A program made the position numbers and the translations under genes. Positions 48,319 to 59,483 of a stretch of DNA of 64,000 nt are shown here, in pieces. Position 1 is the first letter of the stretch, and every line of letters starts with the position of its first letter. Source of the stretch: an uncultured Alphaproteobacteria bacterium. GTDB lineage: Bacteria; Pseudomonadota; Alphaproteobacteria; Methylaequorales; Methylaequoraceae. A model generated the notes under the pieces. It was given only the letters and a program-made list of their open reading frames with translations. It searched no databases and was not told the origin of the DNA. Where the stretch lies: the NCBI GenBank assembly GCA_902595755.1, contig CACJRF010000003.1:56580-120579 (forward strand), read 5' to 3'.

Positions 48319-48407
48319 TGGTGCGAGCGGTGGGACTTGAACCCACAAGGGTGTTACCACCCGCAGGATTTTAAGTCCTGTCTGTTTACCAATTTCAGCA
48401 CGCTCGC
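48319..48407 (-). tRNA. tRNA-Leu (anticodon TAA)
   Basis: Cloverleaf by hand: 7-bp acceptor GCGAGCG/CGCTCGC with discriminator A and encoded CCA. The anticodon stem CAGGA/TCCTG has loop cTTAAaa. A long variable arm GGGTGGTAACACCC is typical of class II tRNA-Leu. The T-arm is GTGGGTTCAAGTCCCAC. Confidence 0.8.
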
Positions 48408-48584
48408 AAGTCCTCCTAGCTGGGAATTACAGACAATTTTTGAACTTATAAATATGATTGAATTCAAAATCATTTTGTCGGTTCTACCCTAGTCATTTTA
48501 TTAATATTAAATCCTTTATATCATAATGAATAATGAATTAAACAAGAAACACAACTGCCTTTTAGAAATTTTTATTGATGAAAT

Positions 48585-49886
48585 CTAGGGTTTGTATAGA
48601 TAATTTTCAAATAATATAGAAAGGCATTTAGGAGAAAGGTGAATTTTATCGCACATATGTTTATTATTATTTTCTCCATTCAAGTTAGAAGTCAAATCAT
48701 AAACATTTAAGAAATATGCCCCTCTAGATAAAACTTCTTTTTTTAGAATTAAATTGTATATTTTGATTATCTCAATTCTTTTTTTATCAAGTTTATCCTG
48801 TGATTCTTCTTTAATTGTTGGCGCTGGAACACCAAAGTAAAATCTTTTTGGGTATTGGAGAGATAAGGTTAACTCCATATGATTTAAATAACCATTTATA
48901 GTGTTCTTGCACACTTCAGAGATATCTTTGTCTTCCTTGATTACGTAAGGTAATATTCCTTCATTTTTTCTACAATCTATTTCTCCAAAAGAAATAAACA
49001 CTTCATCAGAATAAGTATGATTTTTAATCTGTTGAGTTAAAGACTCTTTCCAGTTGTTATTCTTACTTTTAGAAAAATGCCATGCCTTCCCTCCTGTTAT
49101 CATAACTGGTTGAATTTTTTTTACTTTTGATGACATAGATAGAGTTTGATGAGCAAAAGAAAGACAATGACTTTCTCCAATATGAGGTATTTTTTCTGAA
49201 TAAGAATTATGACTGTTTTTCTCAAGCTCATTATATATTGAGGAAATAAATTGGGTTAAGAACCATGCATGCTGCCTAGTTTTTACTTCTTTAATAATAT
49301 AGAGAACACCTTGCTCTATTAATTCATTAATTTTATTTAGGTATAATGAGGTTTCTGAAAAATCTCCTTTTTGTAAATTAGCGCAGGTTATCTGTAGTAA
49401 AGCTCTTAGTTTATCCTCGGGTGCGATTGATTTTGATTCAAGTTTAGATTTTGATAAAAGAATAACCTCTCTCAATTTACCAACGTCTAACAATATGTCT
49501 CCAAGTGCATTTAGCGCCTCTTTGAAGTCTGGATTAAGCTCAATTGCTTTACGCTGTGATATTTCTGCTTCTTCCAATCTACCAAGTTCTCTCAGTATGT
49601 TTCCCAGATTAAAATGTACGTGTGCTACATTTGGTTTTAGATCAACTGCTTTGCGTGATAATATTGCTGCCTCTTCTAATTTGCCAAGTTGCTGCAATAT
49701 ATTTCCAAAATTAGAAAAGACTCTATAATCATTAAAATCTTTATTGATGCAGAATTGATAATGTTTTACCGCCTCTGTGATATTACCCTCTTTATGAAAA
49801 TTTATTGCTTTACCAATTATTTGCTCCTCAGCTGGATTAATAATATTTGCATATTTAGTGGAAGAGTGATTTTGAAAATTTGTCAT
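48585..49886 (-). CDS. TPR repeat protein with uncharacterised ~250 aa C-terminal domain
   Basis: The N-terminal ~170 aa holds 4-5 TPR units (NFGNILQQLGKLEEA, HFNLGNILRELGRLEEAE, etc.). The C-terminal domain has no recognised motif; a DxxH near the end could hint at an SGNH-like fold, which is speculative. Confidence 0.5.
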   Translation of the reverse strand: MTNFQNHSSTKYANIINPAEEQIIGKAINFHKEGNITEAVKHYQFCINKDFNDYRVFSNFGNILQQLGKLEEAAILSRKAVDLKPNVAHVHFNLGNILRELGRLEEAEISQRKAIELNPDFKEALNALGDILLDVGKLREVILLSKSKLESKSIAPEDKLRALLQITCANLQKGDFSETSLYLNKINELIEQGVLYIIKEVKTRQHAWFLTQFISSIYNELEKNSHNSYSEKIPHIGESHCLSFAHQTLSMSSKVKKIQPVMITGGKAWHFSKSKNNNWKESLTQQIKNHTYSDEVFISFGEIDCRKNEGILPYVIKEDKDISEVCKNTINGYLNHMELTLSLQYPKRFYFGVPAPTIKEESQDKLDKKRIEIIKIYNLILKKEVLSRGAYFLNVYDLTSNLNGENNNKHMCDKIHLSPKCLSILFENYLYKP

Positions 49887-50165
49887 TACAAATCATTAGC
49901 AAAAATCGTTCCAATTTAGCTCTGTATATTAACTATTAATTGATTTAGTTTATAACTTTTTTTTAAGATAATCTTAGGGTGATGAAATTTACAAACTAAA
50001 GATTCAAAAAATTTTTATTTTGGGTGAGTTGATAATCAACTTTATAAAAATTTTATTAATTCAATAACGATTTTAATACCTTTTTGGACGCAAATCTAAA
50101 AGCTCGAAAAAAATTGATATTCAACATGAATGATATCTTACAATTAAATTTATGAATAACGAACT

Positions 50166-50369
50166 TTACTTAAATAAGTTTTTAATTTCTTTTTGAAGAA
50201 TTTCTCTCGTAATTTCCTTAGCATTTTTATCAAGCCATTCTTCAACTATTGATTTTATCAAATCCTTATCTTCAAAATTTGCTGAAGATTCTTTCTCACT
50301 TACTTTTCTAACTTTCGGTCCTACAGACTTTCTTACTTCATCAATAATATCAGAATTTTCTTTTTTCAT
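50166..50369 (-). CDS. Small protein resembling the DUF2497 (PopZ C-terminal) domain
   Basis: The 67 aa ORF has SIVEEWLDKNAKEITREILQKEIKNLF, comparable to the DUF2497 consensus (EWLDaNLP.lVErlVraEIeRv). This was judged from memory of the motif. Confidence 0.3.
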   Translation of the reverse strand: MKKENSDIIDEVRKSVGPKVRKVSEKESSANFEDKDLIKSIVEEWLDKNAKEITREILQKEIKNLFK

Positions 50370-50818
50370 ATTTTTTTACTTCTATCAATTTTTTTATCAA
50401 CAGCATCAATTAAGCTGTCTATACTTTTTTCGTCAATAACTTCCGAATGTAATTTTACTTTTGATTTTATATCTTTTTTGAGTGAATCCATAACTATTTT
50501 TTGCTGAAATCTTGGAAATGTATTAAAGTCTTTTCCATATATATCCCCTACCCTTTTTACTATTAATTCAATTTTCTTTTTATATAAATTTGAATCAATT
50601 AATTCTTGTTTATATAAATCTTTAAGAACTATTAATTTCTCTTCGTACTTTTCTAGAGCATCAATATCAATCTTAATAGCTTCCTCTTTGTCAACTAGTT
50701 CAATTGGTTTTTTATTTGTATACTTTTTTGAACCTAATAAAAAAACAACAAAGATAGCTATTATAGCTAAATAAGATTGGTTATCTTCAAAAATTTTTAA
50801 AATATCCATAAAAGTCAA
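50366..50818 (-). CDS. Hypothetical membrane-anchored protein (N-terminal MDIL motif, one TM, SHOCT-like helical C-terminus)
   Basis: The 150 aa protein starts MTFMDILKIFED, has a hydrophobic segment YLAIIAIFVVFLLG and then Lys/Glu-rich helices. It is ATGA-coupled to the next ORF. Confidence 0.35.
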   Translation of the reverse strand: MTFMDILKIFEDNQSYLAIIAIFVVFLLGSKKYTNKKPIELVDKEEAIKIDIDALEKYEEKLIVLKDLYKQELIDSNLYKKKIELIVKRVGDIYGKDFNTFPRFQQKIVMDSLKKDIKSKVKLHSEVIDEKSIDSLIDAVDKKIDRSKKI

Positions 50819-50886
50819 AATAAACTAAGATTGTGAATTGTTAAAATTTAAGGTTATTATATATTAAATTTTTAAAAAATAATAAG

Positions 50887-51312
50887 ATGAATAAAAAAAG
50901 AAAAGTCGATGATGTTCTTGAATCCATTTTTAATTTAATTCAAGAAGCACATAAAGAATTAAAAGAATCAAAAAAAAATGGTCAAAATCATAACAACCTT
51001 TTAATTGAAAAAGAAAAATCAATTAACGTTCATAAAAGTTTAATAGAGGAAAAGAAAGTAAGTAATTCAAAAAGTAGGGATGATGACTGGTCTAATCTTA
51101 ATTTCAAAAGGATTGAATTTACCAAGTATCAAAATACTACTTATAACGGTGAATCTACGAAAATCACCCAAGGACATTGGCTTTCTGATGATAATATAAA
51201 AAAAGTTTTTTTTGATTCACTTAAAGATTGGAATAAAAAAAATCTAAAAAATTTAACAGAAAATACCTATCAAGAAATTATAAAAGAGAGCTTAAAAAAA
51301 AAACTAAAATAA
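50887..51312 (+). CDS. Hypothetical Lys-rich protein
   Basis: A 141 aa ORF with no motif recognised. Confidence 0.3.
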   Translation: MNKKRKVDDVLESIFNLIQEAHKELKESKKNGQNHNNLLIEKEKSINVHKSLIEEKKVSNSKSRDDDWSNLNFKRIEFTKYQNTTYNGESTKITQGHWLSDDNIKKVFFDSLKDWNKKNLKNLTENTYQEIIKESLKKKLK

Positions 51313-52050
51313 TTTAGGCTTACCATTCTTAATTTTTAAATACTCAAAAACCTCAAGGGACGAAATATTTATTAGCTCTTCATTATCACCAACAAATACT
51401 ATAGAGACACCAAATGAATTTTTTTTAAAATATGGATAACTTCCAATCTCTAAATCCTTATATTTTTTTTGAATATCACTCAAATAACTGCCGATAATAC
51501 CTTCAGACAAGATAGTTGAAATTGTTTTTTTATAAAATAAAACTTCGTTATCAATTTTTTTAAAGAATTCATCTATCATTACTTCTAAAATCTTTGGAAC
51601 TCCAGGAAAAACATATATATTTTCAATTATAAATCCTGGAGCTATACTTACTGGATTGTCAATTAGCTCCGACCCTTTTGGCATATATGCCATTTTTTGT
51701 CTTGCTTCTGTATATTCTTCGTCTAAATAATGTTTTTCTAACCTTTTCCATGCTTCAGCATTTATTTCGAATGGTAATTTTAAAGCTTTAGAAATAGATT
51801 TTGAAGTTATATCGTCGTGGGTCGGACCAATTCCTCCAGTTGTAAATATATAATCGCTAGATTTTCTAAACTCATTTACTTTTTGGATTATATTTTTTTC
51901 ATCATCTGGTACTACACTTATTGAATTACATTTAATACCTTTCAGCCTAAGTTTTTTAGCAATATAGTTAGAATTAGTGTCAAGTGTTTTACCCGAAAGA
52001 ATTTCATTTCCTATAATAATTATACTCGCGATTTTTCTTTTTATTTTCAT
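51304..52050 (-). CDS. CinA-like molybdopterin-binding (MoCF_biosynth) domain protein
   Basis: The motif IIGNEILSGKTLDTNS...TTGGIGPTHDDIT and a 248 aa length fit. No C-terminal CinA deamidase domain is present. Confidence 0.7.
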   Translation of the reverse strand: MKIKRKIASIIIIGNEILSGKTLDTNSNYIAKKLRLKGIKCNSISVVPDDEKNIIQKVNEFRKSSDYIFTTGGIGPTHDDITSKSISKALKLPFEINAEAWKRLEKHYLDEEYTEARQKMAYMPKGSELIDNPVSIAPGFIIENIYVFPGVPKILEVMIDEFFKKIDNEVLFYKKTISTILSEGIIGSYLSDIQKKYKDLEIGSYPYFKKNSFGVSIVFVGDNEELINISSLEVFEYLKIKNGKPKLF

Positions 52051-52101
52051 TAAAATTTTTACTGTAAGTTTTAATCATTATATTATAAATTAACATCTTG
52101 A

Positions 52102-52893
52102 ATGACAAATAATATTAAATTACATACCAAATCAGACTTTGAAAATATGAGAAGAGCAGGCAGCTTAGCAGCAGATTGCCTAGACTATATTACAAAATAT
52201 GTAAGACCAGGTGTTTCAACTTTAAAGTTAGATCAACTTTGTCATGAATTCCAAGTATCTAAAGGAGCTGTACCTGCCCCACTTAATTACAAAGGTTTCC
52301 CTAAATCTATTTGCACCTCAGTAAATCATGTTGTTTGCCATGGTATCCCGAGTGAAAAAGTTCTAAGCGAAGGAGATATTATAAACATTGATGTTACGCC
52401 CAAATTAGATGGCTGGCATGGTGACACAAGTAGAATGTTTTATGTAGGTGAAGTTAAATTGAAAGCTAGAAAATTAGTTGAAACAACATATGAAGCGATG
52501 ATGAGAGGAATAGAAATTATAAAACCTGGGATTACAACTGGTGATATTGGACATGCCATACAGTCATTTGCAGAAAGAAAAAATTACTCAGTTGTTCGTG
52601 ATTTCTGTGGACATGGTCTAGGAAAAGTTTTTCATGATCAACCAAGTATTCTTCACTTTGGTAATCCAGGAGAGGGTGTAGAATTAATTGAGGGTATGTT
52701 TTTTACAGTTGAACCAATGATTAATATTGGAAACTACAATGTTAAAGTTCTATCCGATGGTTGGACTGCTGTAACATCGGATAAGTCACTATCTGCTCAG
52801 TTTGAACATTCAGTGGGGGTAACCTCCAATGGGTTTGAAATTTTCACAACATCAAAAAAAAAGTTTAATTATCCACCCTATATTTTATTATGA
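52102..52893 (+). CDS. map: Methionine aminopeptidase type I
   Basis: The metal ligands are in context (DVTPKLDGWHGD, HGLG, FTVEPM, EHSV). Length is 263 aa. Confidence 0.9.
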   Translation: MTNNIKLHTKSDFENMRRAGSLAADCLDYITKYVRPGVSTLKLDQLCHEFQVSKGAVPAPLNYKGFPKSICTSVNHVVCHGIPSEKVLSEGDIINIDVTPKLDGWHGDTSRMFYVGEVKLKARKLVETTYEAMMRGIEIIKPGITTGDIGHAIQSFAERKNYSVVRDFCGHGLGKVFHDQPSILHFGNPGEGVELIEGMFFTVEPMINIGNYNVKVLSDGWTAVTSDKSLSAQFEHSVGVTSNGFEIFTTSKKKFNYPPYILL

Positions 52894-54191
52894 TTCCACG
52901 TTATTCAAGAAAAGAAATAAGAAAAATTTGGGAACCAGAAAATAAATTTAAAATCTGGTTAGATATAGAGATTGCCATATGCGAAGCTTTAGAAAAGATA
53001 GGGTTCATTCCAAAAAGTGCACTCAAAAATATAAAAACTAATTCAAGTTTCAACGTTAATAGAATCGATCAAATAGAAAAAGAAGTAAAGCACGATGTTA
53101 TTGCATTTTTGACAAATATTGCTGAGAATGTAGGTGCTGATTCTAAGTTCATACATATGGGAGTTACTTCTTCAGATATAATTGACACAGCATTATCTAT
53201 ACAATTAAAACAATCTTCAAAAATTATAAAAAAAGAACTAAAAAATCTCATAGAAATGCTTAAAACAAGAGCAAATGAACATAAATTAACTCCATGTATT
53301 GGTCGAAGTCATGGAATTTTTGCTGAGCCCACCACATTTGGTTTAAAATTATTAGCTAAATATTGTGAATTCAAAAGACATCTAAAAAGATTAAATTTTG
53401 TAGAAAAAGAAATATCTATTTGTTCTATTTCTGGGGCAGTTGGAACTTTTGCTAATATTGCACCAAATGTTGAATCCTATGTTGCTAAAAAACTCAAATT
53501 ACAAATTGAGTCAATTTCAACCCAAATAATACCTAGAGATAGACATGCATCTTTTTTTTCATGTTTAGCTTTAATCGCTTCATCAATAGAAAATTTAGCT
53601 ATTGAAATTAGGCATCTTCAACGTAGTGAAGTAAGAGAAGTTGAAGAGTATTTTTCTCAAAATCAAAAAGGATCCTCGGCGATGCCCCATAAAAGAAATC
53701 CTATTTTAAGTGAAAATCTTACAGGTTTAGCTCGAATAATAAGGTCGAGCGCAATTCCTTTCATGGAAAATATTGCCTTGTGGCATGAAAGAGATATTTC
53801 ACATTCCTCGGTAGAAAGAACAATTGGACCCGATTCTATAGTTTTAACAGACTTTGCTCTTAGTAGATTATCATCGGTGGTAAAAAATTTGGTGGTTGAC
53901 AAGAAAATGATGCTGAAAAATCTAGAAAAAACAAATGGTCTTTATAACTCCCAGAGATTAATGTTAAAATTAATAGAAAAAGGTGAGTTCTCCAGAGAGG
54001 AAGCTTATAAAATTGTTCAGAATTTAGCAATGGAATCTTGGAAAAAAGATAAAAATTTCAAGAATATCGTAAAAAATAATAAAAAAATATCTATGACGTT
54101 AAATAAAAAAGAAATTGAAAATATTTTTGATATACAATATCACCTTAAGAATATAGATGAGATGTTTGAAAGAGTTTTAAATGAAAAATAA
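52890..54191 (+). CDS. purB: Adenylosuccinate lyase
   Basis: A fumarate-lyase fold, the signature [11 protein letters not shown] and a 433 aa length fit. Confidence 0.9.
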   Translation: MIPRYSRKEIRKIWEPENKFKIWLDIEIAICEALEKIGFIPKSALKNIKTNSSFNVNRIDQIEKEVKHDVIAFLTNIAENVGADSKFIHMGVTSSDIIDTALSIQLKQSSKIIKKELKNLIEMLKTRANEHKLTPCIGRSHGIFAEPTTFGLKLLAKYCEFKRHLKRLNFVEKEISICSISGAVGTFANIAPNVESYVAKKLKLQIESISTQIIPRDRHASFFSCLALIASSIENLAIEIRHLQRSEVREVEEYFSQNQKGSSAMPHKRNPILSENLTGLARIIRSSAIPFMENIALWHERDISHSSVERTIGPDSIVLTDFALSRLSSVVKNLVVDKKMMLKNLEKTNGLYNSQRLMLKLIEKGEFSREEAYKIVQNLAMESWKKDKNFKNIVKNNKKISMTLNKKEIENIFDIQYHLKNIDEMFERVLNEK

Positions 54192-54939
54192 AGAAAAAAT
54201 TTATGAAGGAAAAGCTAAAATTATTTATAAAGGAACAAAACCAAATACTCTGATTCAATATTTTAAGGATGATGCTACAGCATTTAATAATAAAAAAAAA
54301 TCAATAATCCCTGGAAAAGGAGTTTTGAATAACTTTATTTCTGAATTATTAATGTCAAGATTATCAGAAATCAATGTGCCAAATCATTTTATAAAAAGAC
54401 TGAATATGAGAGAACAATTAGTAAGGAAACTAGAAATTATTCCAGTAGAGGTTGTAGTGAGAAATGTTGCTACCGGATCTTTAGTGAAAAGACTTGGTAT
54501 TAAAGATGGAAAGGTTTTATCAAGACCCATTATTGAATTTTATTTAAAAAATGATGATTTAAATGATCCTATTATATCAGATGAACATATAATAGTTTTT
54601 GAATGGGCTACCCACCAAGAACTTGAAGAAATAATATCAATTGCGTCTAGAGTAAATGATTTTCTAACTGGTTATTTTTTCTCGCAAAGCATTAGATTAG
54701 TTGACTTTAAGATAGAATTTGGAAGATTCTGGGACAGCGACGAATCTATATTAATGTTAGCAGATGAAATAAGTCCTGATAATTGTAGATTATGGGATAT
54801 AAAGACTAACAAGAAACTTGATAAAGATCGTTTCAGACAAGACCTTGGTGACGTTGATAAAGCTTACCAGGAGGTTGCTTATAGGCTTGGAGTTTTATCT
54901 GAGAATGAATTTAAGAAAGTTATAAAAAATGATTTATAG
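54181..54939 (+). CDS. purC: Phosphoribosylaminoimidazole-succinocarboxamide synthase
   Basis: The SAICAR synthetase N-terminus [11 protein letters not shown] and a 252 aa length fit. Confidence 0.9.
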   Translation: MKNKEKIYEGKAKIIYKGTKPNTLIQYFKDDATAFNNKKKSIIPGKGVLNNFISELLMSRLSEINVPNHFIKRLNMREQLVRKLEIIPVEVVVRNVATGSLVKRLGIKDGKVLSRPIIEFYLKNDDLNDPIISDEHIIVFEWATHQELEEIISIASRVNDFLTGYFFSQSIRLVDFKIEFGRFWDSDESILMLADEISPDNCRLWDIKTNKKLDKDRFRQDLGDVDKAYQEVAYRLGVLSENEFKKVIKNDL

Positions 54940-55159
54940 AGTGTATGTTGAATTTAAACCTGGAATACTCGACCCTGAGTCAGAGGCTATAAAAAGAACA
55001 GTGAATCAGCTAGGATTTTCAAATGTAGAAAATATTTCAAAAGGTAAGTTTTTTGATATCGAACTTTCGTCAAACAACTGTTTATCTGATATCGAAAAAA
55101 TAAGCAAAGAGCTTTTGTCTAACCCTGTAATTGAAAACTTTAAAGTAGTAAAAAAATAA
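54929..55159 (+). CDS. purS: Phosphoribosylformylglycinamidine synthase subunit PurS
   Basis: A 76 aa protein that starts [17 protein letters not shown]..., typical of PurS. Confidence 0.85.
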   Translation: MIYRVYVEFKPGILDPESEAIKRTVNQLGFSNVENISKGKFFDIELSSNNCLSDIEKISKELLSNPVIENFKVVKK

Positions 55160-55163
55160 ATTT

Positions 55164-55850
55164 GTGAATAAGGAAGTATCTATAATTCATTTCCCAGGAT
55201 CTAATTGTGATAGAGACCTAGCTGTTGCAATTAAATATTGCCTTAAATTAAAGCCTAAATTTTTGTGGCACAACGAAAGTCACATAAAAGATCCAGGCAT
55301 AATTTTTATTCCTGGTGGCTTTTCTTTTGGAGATTATTTAAGAGCCGGAATATTAGCCACAAAGTCTCCAGCTATCAAAGAGGTTATTAGACACGCAAAA
55401 AAAGGGGTACCAATAATTGGGATATGTAACGGTTTTCAAATCTTAACCGAATGCAAATTATTAGAGGGAGCATTAATAAAAAACTCAAGCCAATTATTTA
55501 GTTGTAAAAAAGTTTTTTTAAGAATTGAAAATAAAAAAAATTATTTCACTAAAAATATTAAAAAGGGGGTTGTACAATATCCAATTGCACACTCACAAGG
55601 TAAATTTTATGTGGATGATTATAACTTAAAAAAACTTCAAGATAATGATCAAATTATGTTTAAATATTCCTCTAAAACTGGTGATATAAGTGATAAATAT
55701 AATCCAAATGGTTCTGTTCAAAATATTGCAGGAATTGTAAATAAAAAAAAAAATGTTCTTGGTTTAATGCCTCACCCTGAAAGAGCAATTGACAGTTTTA
55801 GTGGTAGAGATGGTATAGTTTTTTTTAACGGGCTAAATGAGTTGATATGA
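55164..55850 (+). CDS. purQ: Phosphoribosylformylglycinamidine synthase glutaminase subunit PurQ
   Basis: The catalytic Cys is in GICNGFQIL, and the MPHPER His motif is present. Length is 228 aa. Confidence 0.9.
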   Translation: MNKEVSIIHFPGSNCDRDLAVAIKYCLKLKPKFLWHNESHIKDPGIIFIPGGFSFGDYLRAGILATKSPAIKEVIRHAKKGVPIIGICNGFQILTECKLLEGALIKNSSQLFSCKKVFLRIENKKNYFTKNIKKGVVQYPIAHSQGKFYVDDYNLKKLQDNDQIMFKYSSKTGDISDKYNPNGSVQNIAGIVNKKKNVLGLMPHPERAIDSFSGRDGIVFFNGLNELI

Positions 55851-58036
55851 ATTTAGAAAATAATTTAATAAATGCTAAAACTATTATTGATCATGGAATT
55901 AGTAAATCCGAATATAATCGGATTTTAAAAATTCTAAAAAGGGAACCTAATTTACTTGAATTAGGTATTTTCTCAGTAATGTGGAGCGAACACTGTTCAT
56001 ATAAATCTACCAAAAAATGGTTAAAAACTTTACCAACAAATGGGGAGCATGTAATTTGTGGTCCAGGAGAAAATGCTGGAATAATTGATATTGGAGGAAA
56101 TGATGCAATTGTGTTTAAAATGGAAAGTCACAATCACCCCTCTTTTATTGAACCTTATCAAGGTGCTGCAACTGGAGTTGGAGGTATTATGAGGGATGTC
56201 TTTACAATGGGAGCTCGTCCAATTGCAAATTTAAATTCGTTACGCTTTGGCGAACCATCCAATATTAAAACTAAAAACCTACTCCAAGGTGTTGTTAAAG
56301 GTATTGGTGATTATGGAAATTGTGTTGGGATTCCAACAGTTGGAGGAGAGTGCTCTTTTCATAAGTCCTATAATAATAATATTTTAGTTAATGCTATGTG
56401 TGTTGGTTTAGTTAAAAAAAATAAAATTTTTTATTCTAAGGCAAAAGGGATTGGAAATCCTATTATTTATGTTGGCTCTAAAACTGGTAGAGATGGAATA
56501 CATGGGGCAACAATGGCATCAGCTGAATTTGATGATACTTCAATTGATCAAAGACCTCAAGTTCAAGTTGGAGACCCTTTCATGGAAAAACTCTTGCTTG
56601 AATCTTGTCAGGAACTTATGAAAGAAGACGCTATAATTGCTATTCAGGATATGGGAGCAGCTGGACTAACATCCTCTTCATTTGAAATGGCATCAAAAGG
56701 AAATTGTGGAGTTAAGTTATTCCTGAACGAAGTTCCTTGTAGAGAAAGTAAAATGACACCTTATGAGATGATGTTATCGGAAACACAAGAAAGGATGTTA
56801 ATGGTCATTAAACCCGATAAAAAAAAAATTACTTTTGATATTTTTAAAAAGTGGGGGTTAGAAGCAATAGAAATTGGTCATCTTACAGATACGGGAAAAA
56901 TGCAAATGTACTTTAATAATCGTCTTGTAGGAGAACTACCTATAAAACCTTTGGCTGATTCAGCACCAGAATATGATAGACCAAGGAAGAAAAAAGCATT
57001 TAAAACAATCAAAGTTAAAAAGAGAAATTTACAAATTGAAAATGTCTTCTTGGAAATGATTTCTAGCCCTAATCATTCATCAAAAGAATGGTTATTTCGT
57101 CAATATGATAATATGGTTATGTGCGATACTATTTTTTCTTCTGAAGAGTCTGATGCGGCAATTGTAAGAATCCATAAAACAAAAAAAGCAGTGGCAATTA
57201 CCTGTGATTGCAACCCTATTTTTTGTTATACTGATCCCAAACTTGGCGCAAAGCTTGCCGTCGCTGAATCATGGAGAAATTTAATTGCTTCTGGAGCTAA
57301 ACCCTTAGCAGTCACTGATAATCTTAACTTTGGTAATCCTGAAAAAAAAGATGTGATGTATCAAATAAAAAAGGCAATCGAGGGCATTAAGGTTGCCTGT
57401 ACAAAACTATCATTTCCTGTTGTTTCAGGTAATGTCTCTCTTTATAATGAGACAAAAGGTAAATCTATACTTCCGACACCTGTAATTGGTGGTGTAGGCT
57501 TAATTGAGGATCTAAAGTTTGTTACAGGAATTAATATGAAAATGGATGATTCTATTTTTATAATTGGATATACAAAAGGGCATCTTGGTCTATCGGTATA
57601 TAATCAGATTTGTGGATATAAATATGGAAAACCTCCATCTATCGATTTTGATAATGAAATTAAAAATGGTAATTTTGTTTATAATGCTATCAGAGAAGTT
57701 GGTATTTCAGGCTGTCATGATGTTTCTGAAGGTGGAATTATAATGTCGTTAGCTGAACTATGTATCAAAAATAAACTTGGTATACAAATTAGTATTCCTG
57801 ATGAAATTAAAAAGGAAAATTGGCTTTTTGGTGAAGATTCGTCGAGATATATTATAATAACAAATAATGAAAAAAAATTACTTAAATATGCAAAAAAAAT
57901 GAACGTATTTGTTAAAAATATAGGTAAAGTTAAAGGAAGTTCATTTAAAATTATAAATGAGTTTGAAATTTCATTAAAAGATCTTATAACATATAATAAA
58001 CAATGGTTTAAAAATTATATAGATATTGAAAAATGA
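55847..58036 (+). CDS. purL: Phosphoribosylformylglycinamidine synthase subunit PurL
   Basis: The 729 aa protein has PurM-like duplicated domains and the conserved SHNHPS-type segment [11 protein letters not shown]. Confidence 0.95.
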   Translation: MNLENNLINAKTIIDHGISKSEYNRILKILKREPNLLELGIFSVMWSEHCSYKSTKKWLKTLPTNGEHVICGPGENAGIIDIGGNDAIVFKMESHNHPSFIEPYQGAATGVGGIMRDVFTMGARPIANLNSLRFGEPSNIKTKNLLQGVVKGIGDYGNCVGIPTVGGECSFHKSYNNNILVNAMCVGLVKKNKIFYSKAKGIGNPIIYVGSKTGRDGIHGATMASAEFDDTSIDQRPQVQVGDPFMEKLLLESCQELMKEDAIIAIQDMGAAGLTSSSFEMASKGNCGVKLFLNEVPCRESKMTPYEMMLSETQERMLMVIKPDKKKITFDIFKKWGLEAIEIGHLTDTGKMQMYFNNRLVGELPIKPLADSAPEYDRPRKKKAFKTIKVKKRNLQIENVFLEMISSPNHSSKEWLFRQYDNMVMCDTIFSSEESDAAIVRIHKTKKAVAITCDCNPIFCYTDPKLGAKLAVAESWRNLIASGAKPLAVTDNLNFGNPEKKDVMYQIKKAIEGIKVACTKLSFPVVSGNVSLYNETKGKSILPTPVIGGVGLIEDLKFVTGINMKMDDSIFIIGYTKGHLGLSVYNQICGYKYGKPPSIDFDNEIKNGNFVYNAIREVGISGCHDVSEGGIIMSLAELCIKNKLGIQISIPDEIKKENWLFGEDSSRYIIITNNEKKLLKYAKKMNVFVKNIGKVKGSSFKIINEFEISLKDLITYNKQWFKNYIDIEK

Positions 58037-58269
58037 CCTTAACTCCTGATGAAGTAACAAGCCTTATTAAAAAAGACCTACCAGATGCAGAAATAGATAT
58101 TACTGATTTAAAAGGTGATAACAATCATTATCATGCAAAAATTGTATCTTCAAGGTTTAATGGACTTTCAAAAATCAATCAACATAAACTTGTTTACCAA
58201 GCTTTAGGTAAACATATGGGTACAACATTACATGCATTAATGCTTACCACAAAAGCAAATAATGATTAG
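58033..58269 (+). CDS. bolA: BolA family protein
   Basis: The 78 aa protein has ...[24 protein letters not shown], the BolA H-x-H/KH-like motif. Its position after purL and before grxD is the conserved alphaproteobacterial arrangement. Confidence 0.8.
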   Translation: MTLTPDEVTSLIKKDLPDAEIDITDLKGDNNHYHAKIVSSRFNGLSKINQHKLVYQALGKHMGTTLHALMLTTKANND

Positions 58270-58283
58270 AGAAAGGAAAGTAA

Positions 58284-58619
58284 ATGGAAAAGATTAAAAA
58301 TAAAATACAAAAATTCGTAGACACAGATAATGTTGTTCTTTTTATGAAAGGAACTCCAGACTTCCCGCAATGTGGTTTTTCTGCTAATGCAGTTGCAATT
58401 CTAAATTATTTTAATGTAGAATTTAAAAGCTATAATGTATTAGAAAATGATGAATTAAGACAAGGAATAAAGCAATTTTCGGATTGGCCCACTATCCCCC
58501 AAATTTATATCAATCAAGAGTTTATAGGAGGGTTTGACATTCTAAAAGATATGGCCGAAAGCGGGGATTTTGAGAAGGTTCTAAAAGAAAAAAAAATAAG
58601 CTTTAAGATTCAAAACTAG
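58284..58619 (+). CDS. grxD: Monothiol glutaredoxin (Grx4/GrxD family)
   Basis: The CGFS active site (PQCGFS), the WPTIPQIYI glutathione-binding region and a 111 aa length fit. Confidence 0.9.
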   Translation: MEKIKNKIQKFVDTDNVVLFMKGTPDFPQCGFSANAVAILNYFNVEFKSYNVLENDELRQGIKQFSDWPTIPQIYINQEFIGGFDILKDMAESGDFEKVLKEKKISFKIQN

Positions 58620-59365
58620 TGTTTATCATACTTTGCTTTCATTGCTGAAACTAATGGATAAATTGCACTTAACAGGCTAATAGTTAGGCCCTCATTTCCA
58701 GATAAAAAACCCTTTCTTGCTACATAACATTTTAGAAATCTTGATACTACTTTCCTAATAGAAAATAATTTCTCTAATTTGTGATTTTGCTCTACCAGAT
58801 CAATTGCATTAAATGATGTATTTCTATTAAATTTTTTTAATAAATCTGAAATATTATCTGACATATTATGAATTATATAATTTTCTAGTCCCTTACCTTT
58901 TCTGCCATGAATTTTATAACTTGGGTGAACTCTCCCGTTGAGCCAATACTTATTTTTCTTTTTAAATAAACAAAATTTTCCATCAGGTGCCATACACGCC
59001 ATCCATCCAAATTTTATTGCTTTCGTTCCAACATAATTTACTAACCTTATGTAATAATAATCAGACGATTTGCTTTTAATTGCATTACTAATTTCTACCG
59101 ATAGGTCTTGATTTATTATTTCATCCGCATCAATCTCTAAAATCCAGGTAAAATTACAATTTTTAATACCAAAATTTCTTCTTTCACCCTCTGAATGCCA
59201 ACTACCCTTAAATATTTTTTTTGTATATTTTCTACATATTGACTCAGTTTTATCAGTAGTTCTATCTAGAATAACAATTATCTCATCAGCAAAGTTAAGT
59301 GATTTAAGAGTACTTTCAATTTTTTTTTCCTCATTACGAGCTACTATTAAAGCACTAATTTTCAT
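58616..59365 (-). CDS. Glycosyltransferase family 2
   Basis: The N-terminal ISALIVARNEE and the DxD motif LEIDADEII are present. Length is 249 aa. Confidence 0.75.
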   Translation of the reverse strand: MKISALIVARNEEKKIESTLKSLNFADEIIVILDRTTDKTESICRKYTKKIFKGSWHSEGERRNFGIKNCNFTWILEIDADEIINQDLSVEISNAIKSKSSDYYYIRLVNYVGTKAIKFGWMACMAPDGKFCLFKKKNKYWLNGRVHPSYKIHGRKGKGLENYIIHNMSDNISDLLKKFNRNTSFNAIDLVEQNHKLEKLFSIRKVVSRFLKCYVARKGFLSGNEGLTISLLSAIYPLVSAMKAKYDKH

Positions 59366-59427
59366 AACTATATTATAATTTTAAATTTTTTTTTTTAAAT
59401 AGGCATGGACATAATTATGTTTTTTAT

Positions 59428-59464
59428 TTAGAACTATTCTGATATATATTATTAGAACTATTCT
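59428..59464. promoter_or_regulatory. 13-bp direct repeat TTAGAACTATTCT x2 (24-bp spacing) upstream of the peroxiredoxin gene; candidate operator
   Basis: The copies were read at 59428-59440 and 59452-59464. They lie 20-56 nt upstream of the prx ATG at 59484. Confidence 0.3.
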
Positions 59465-59483
59465 ATTTAAGAAAGGATTTTTA

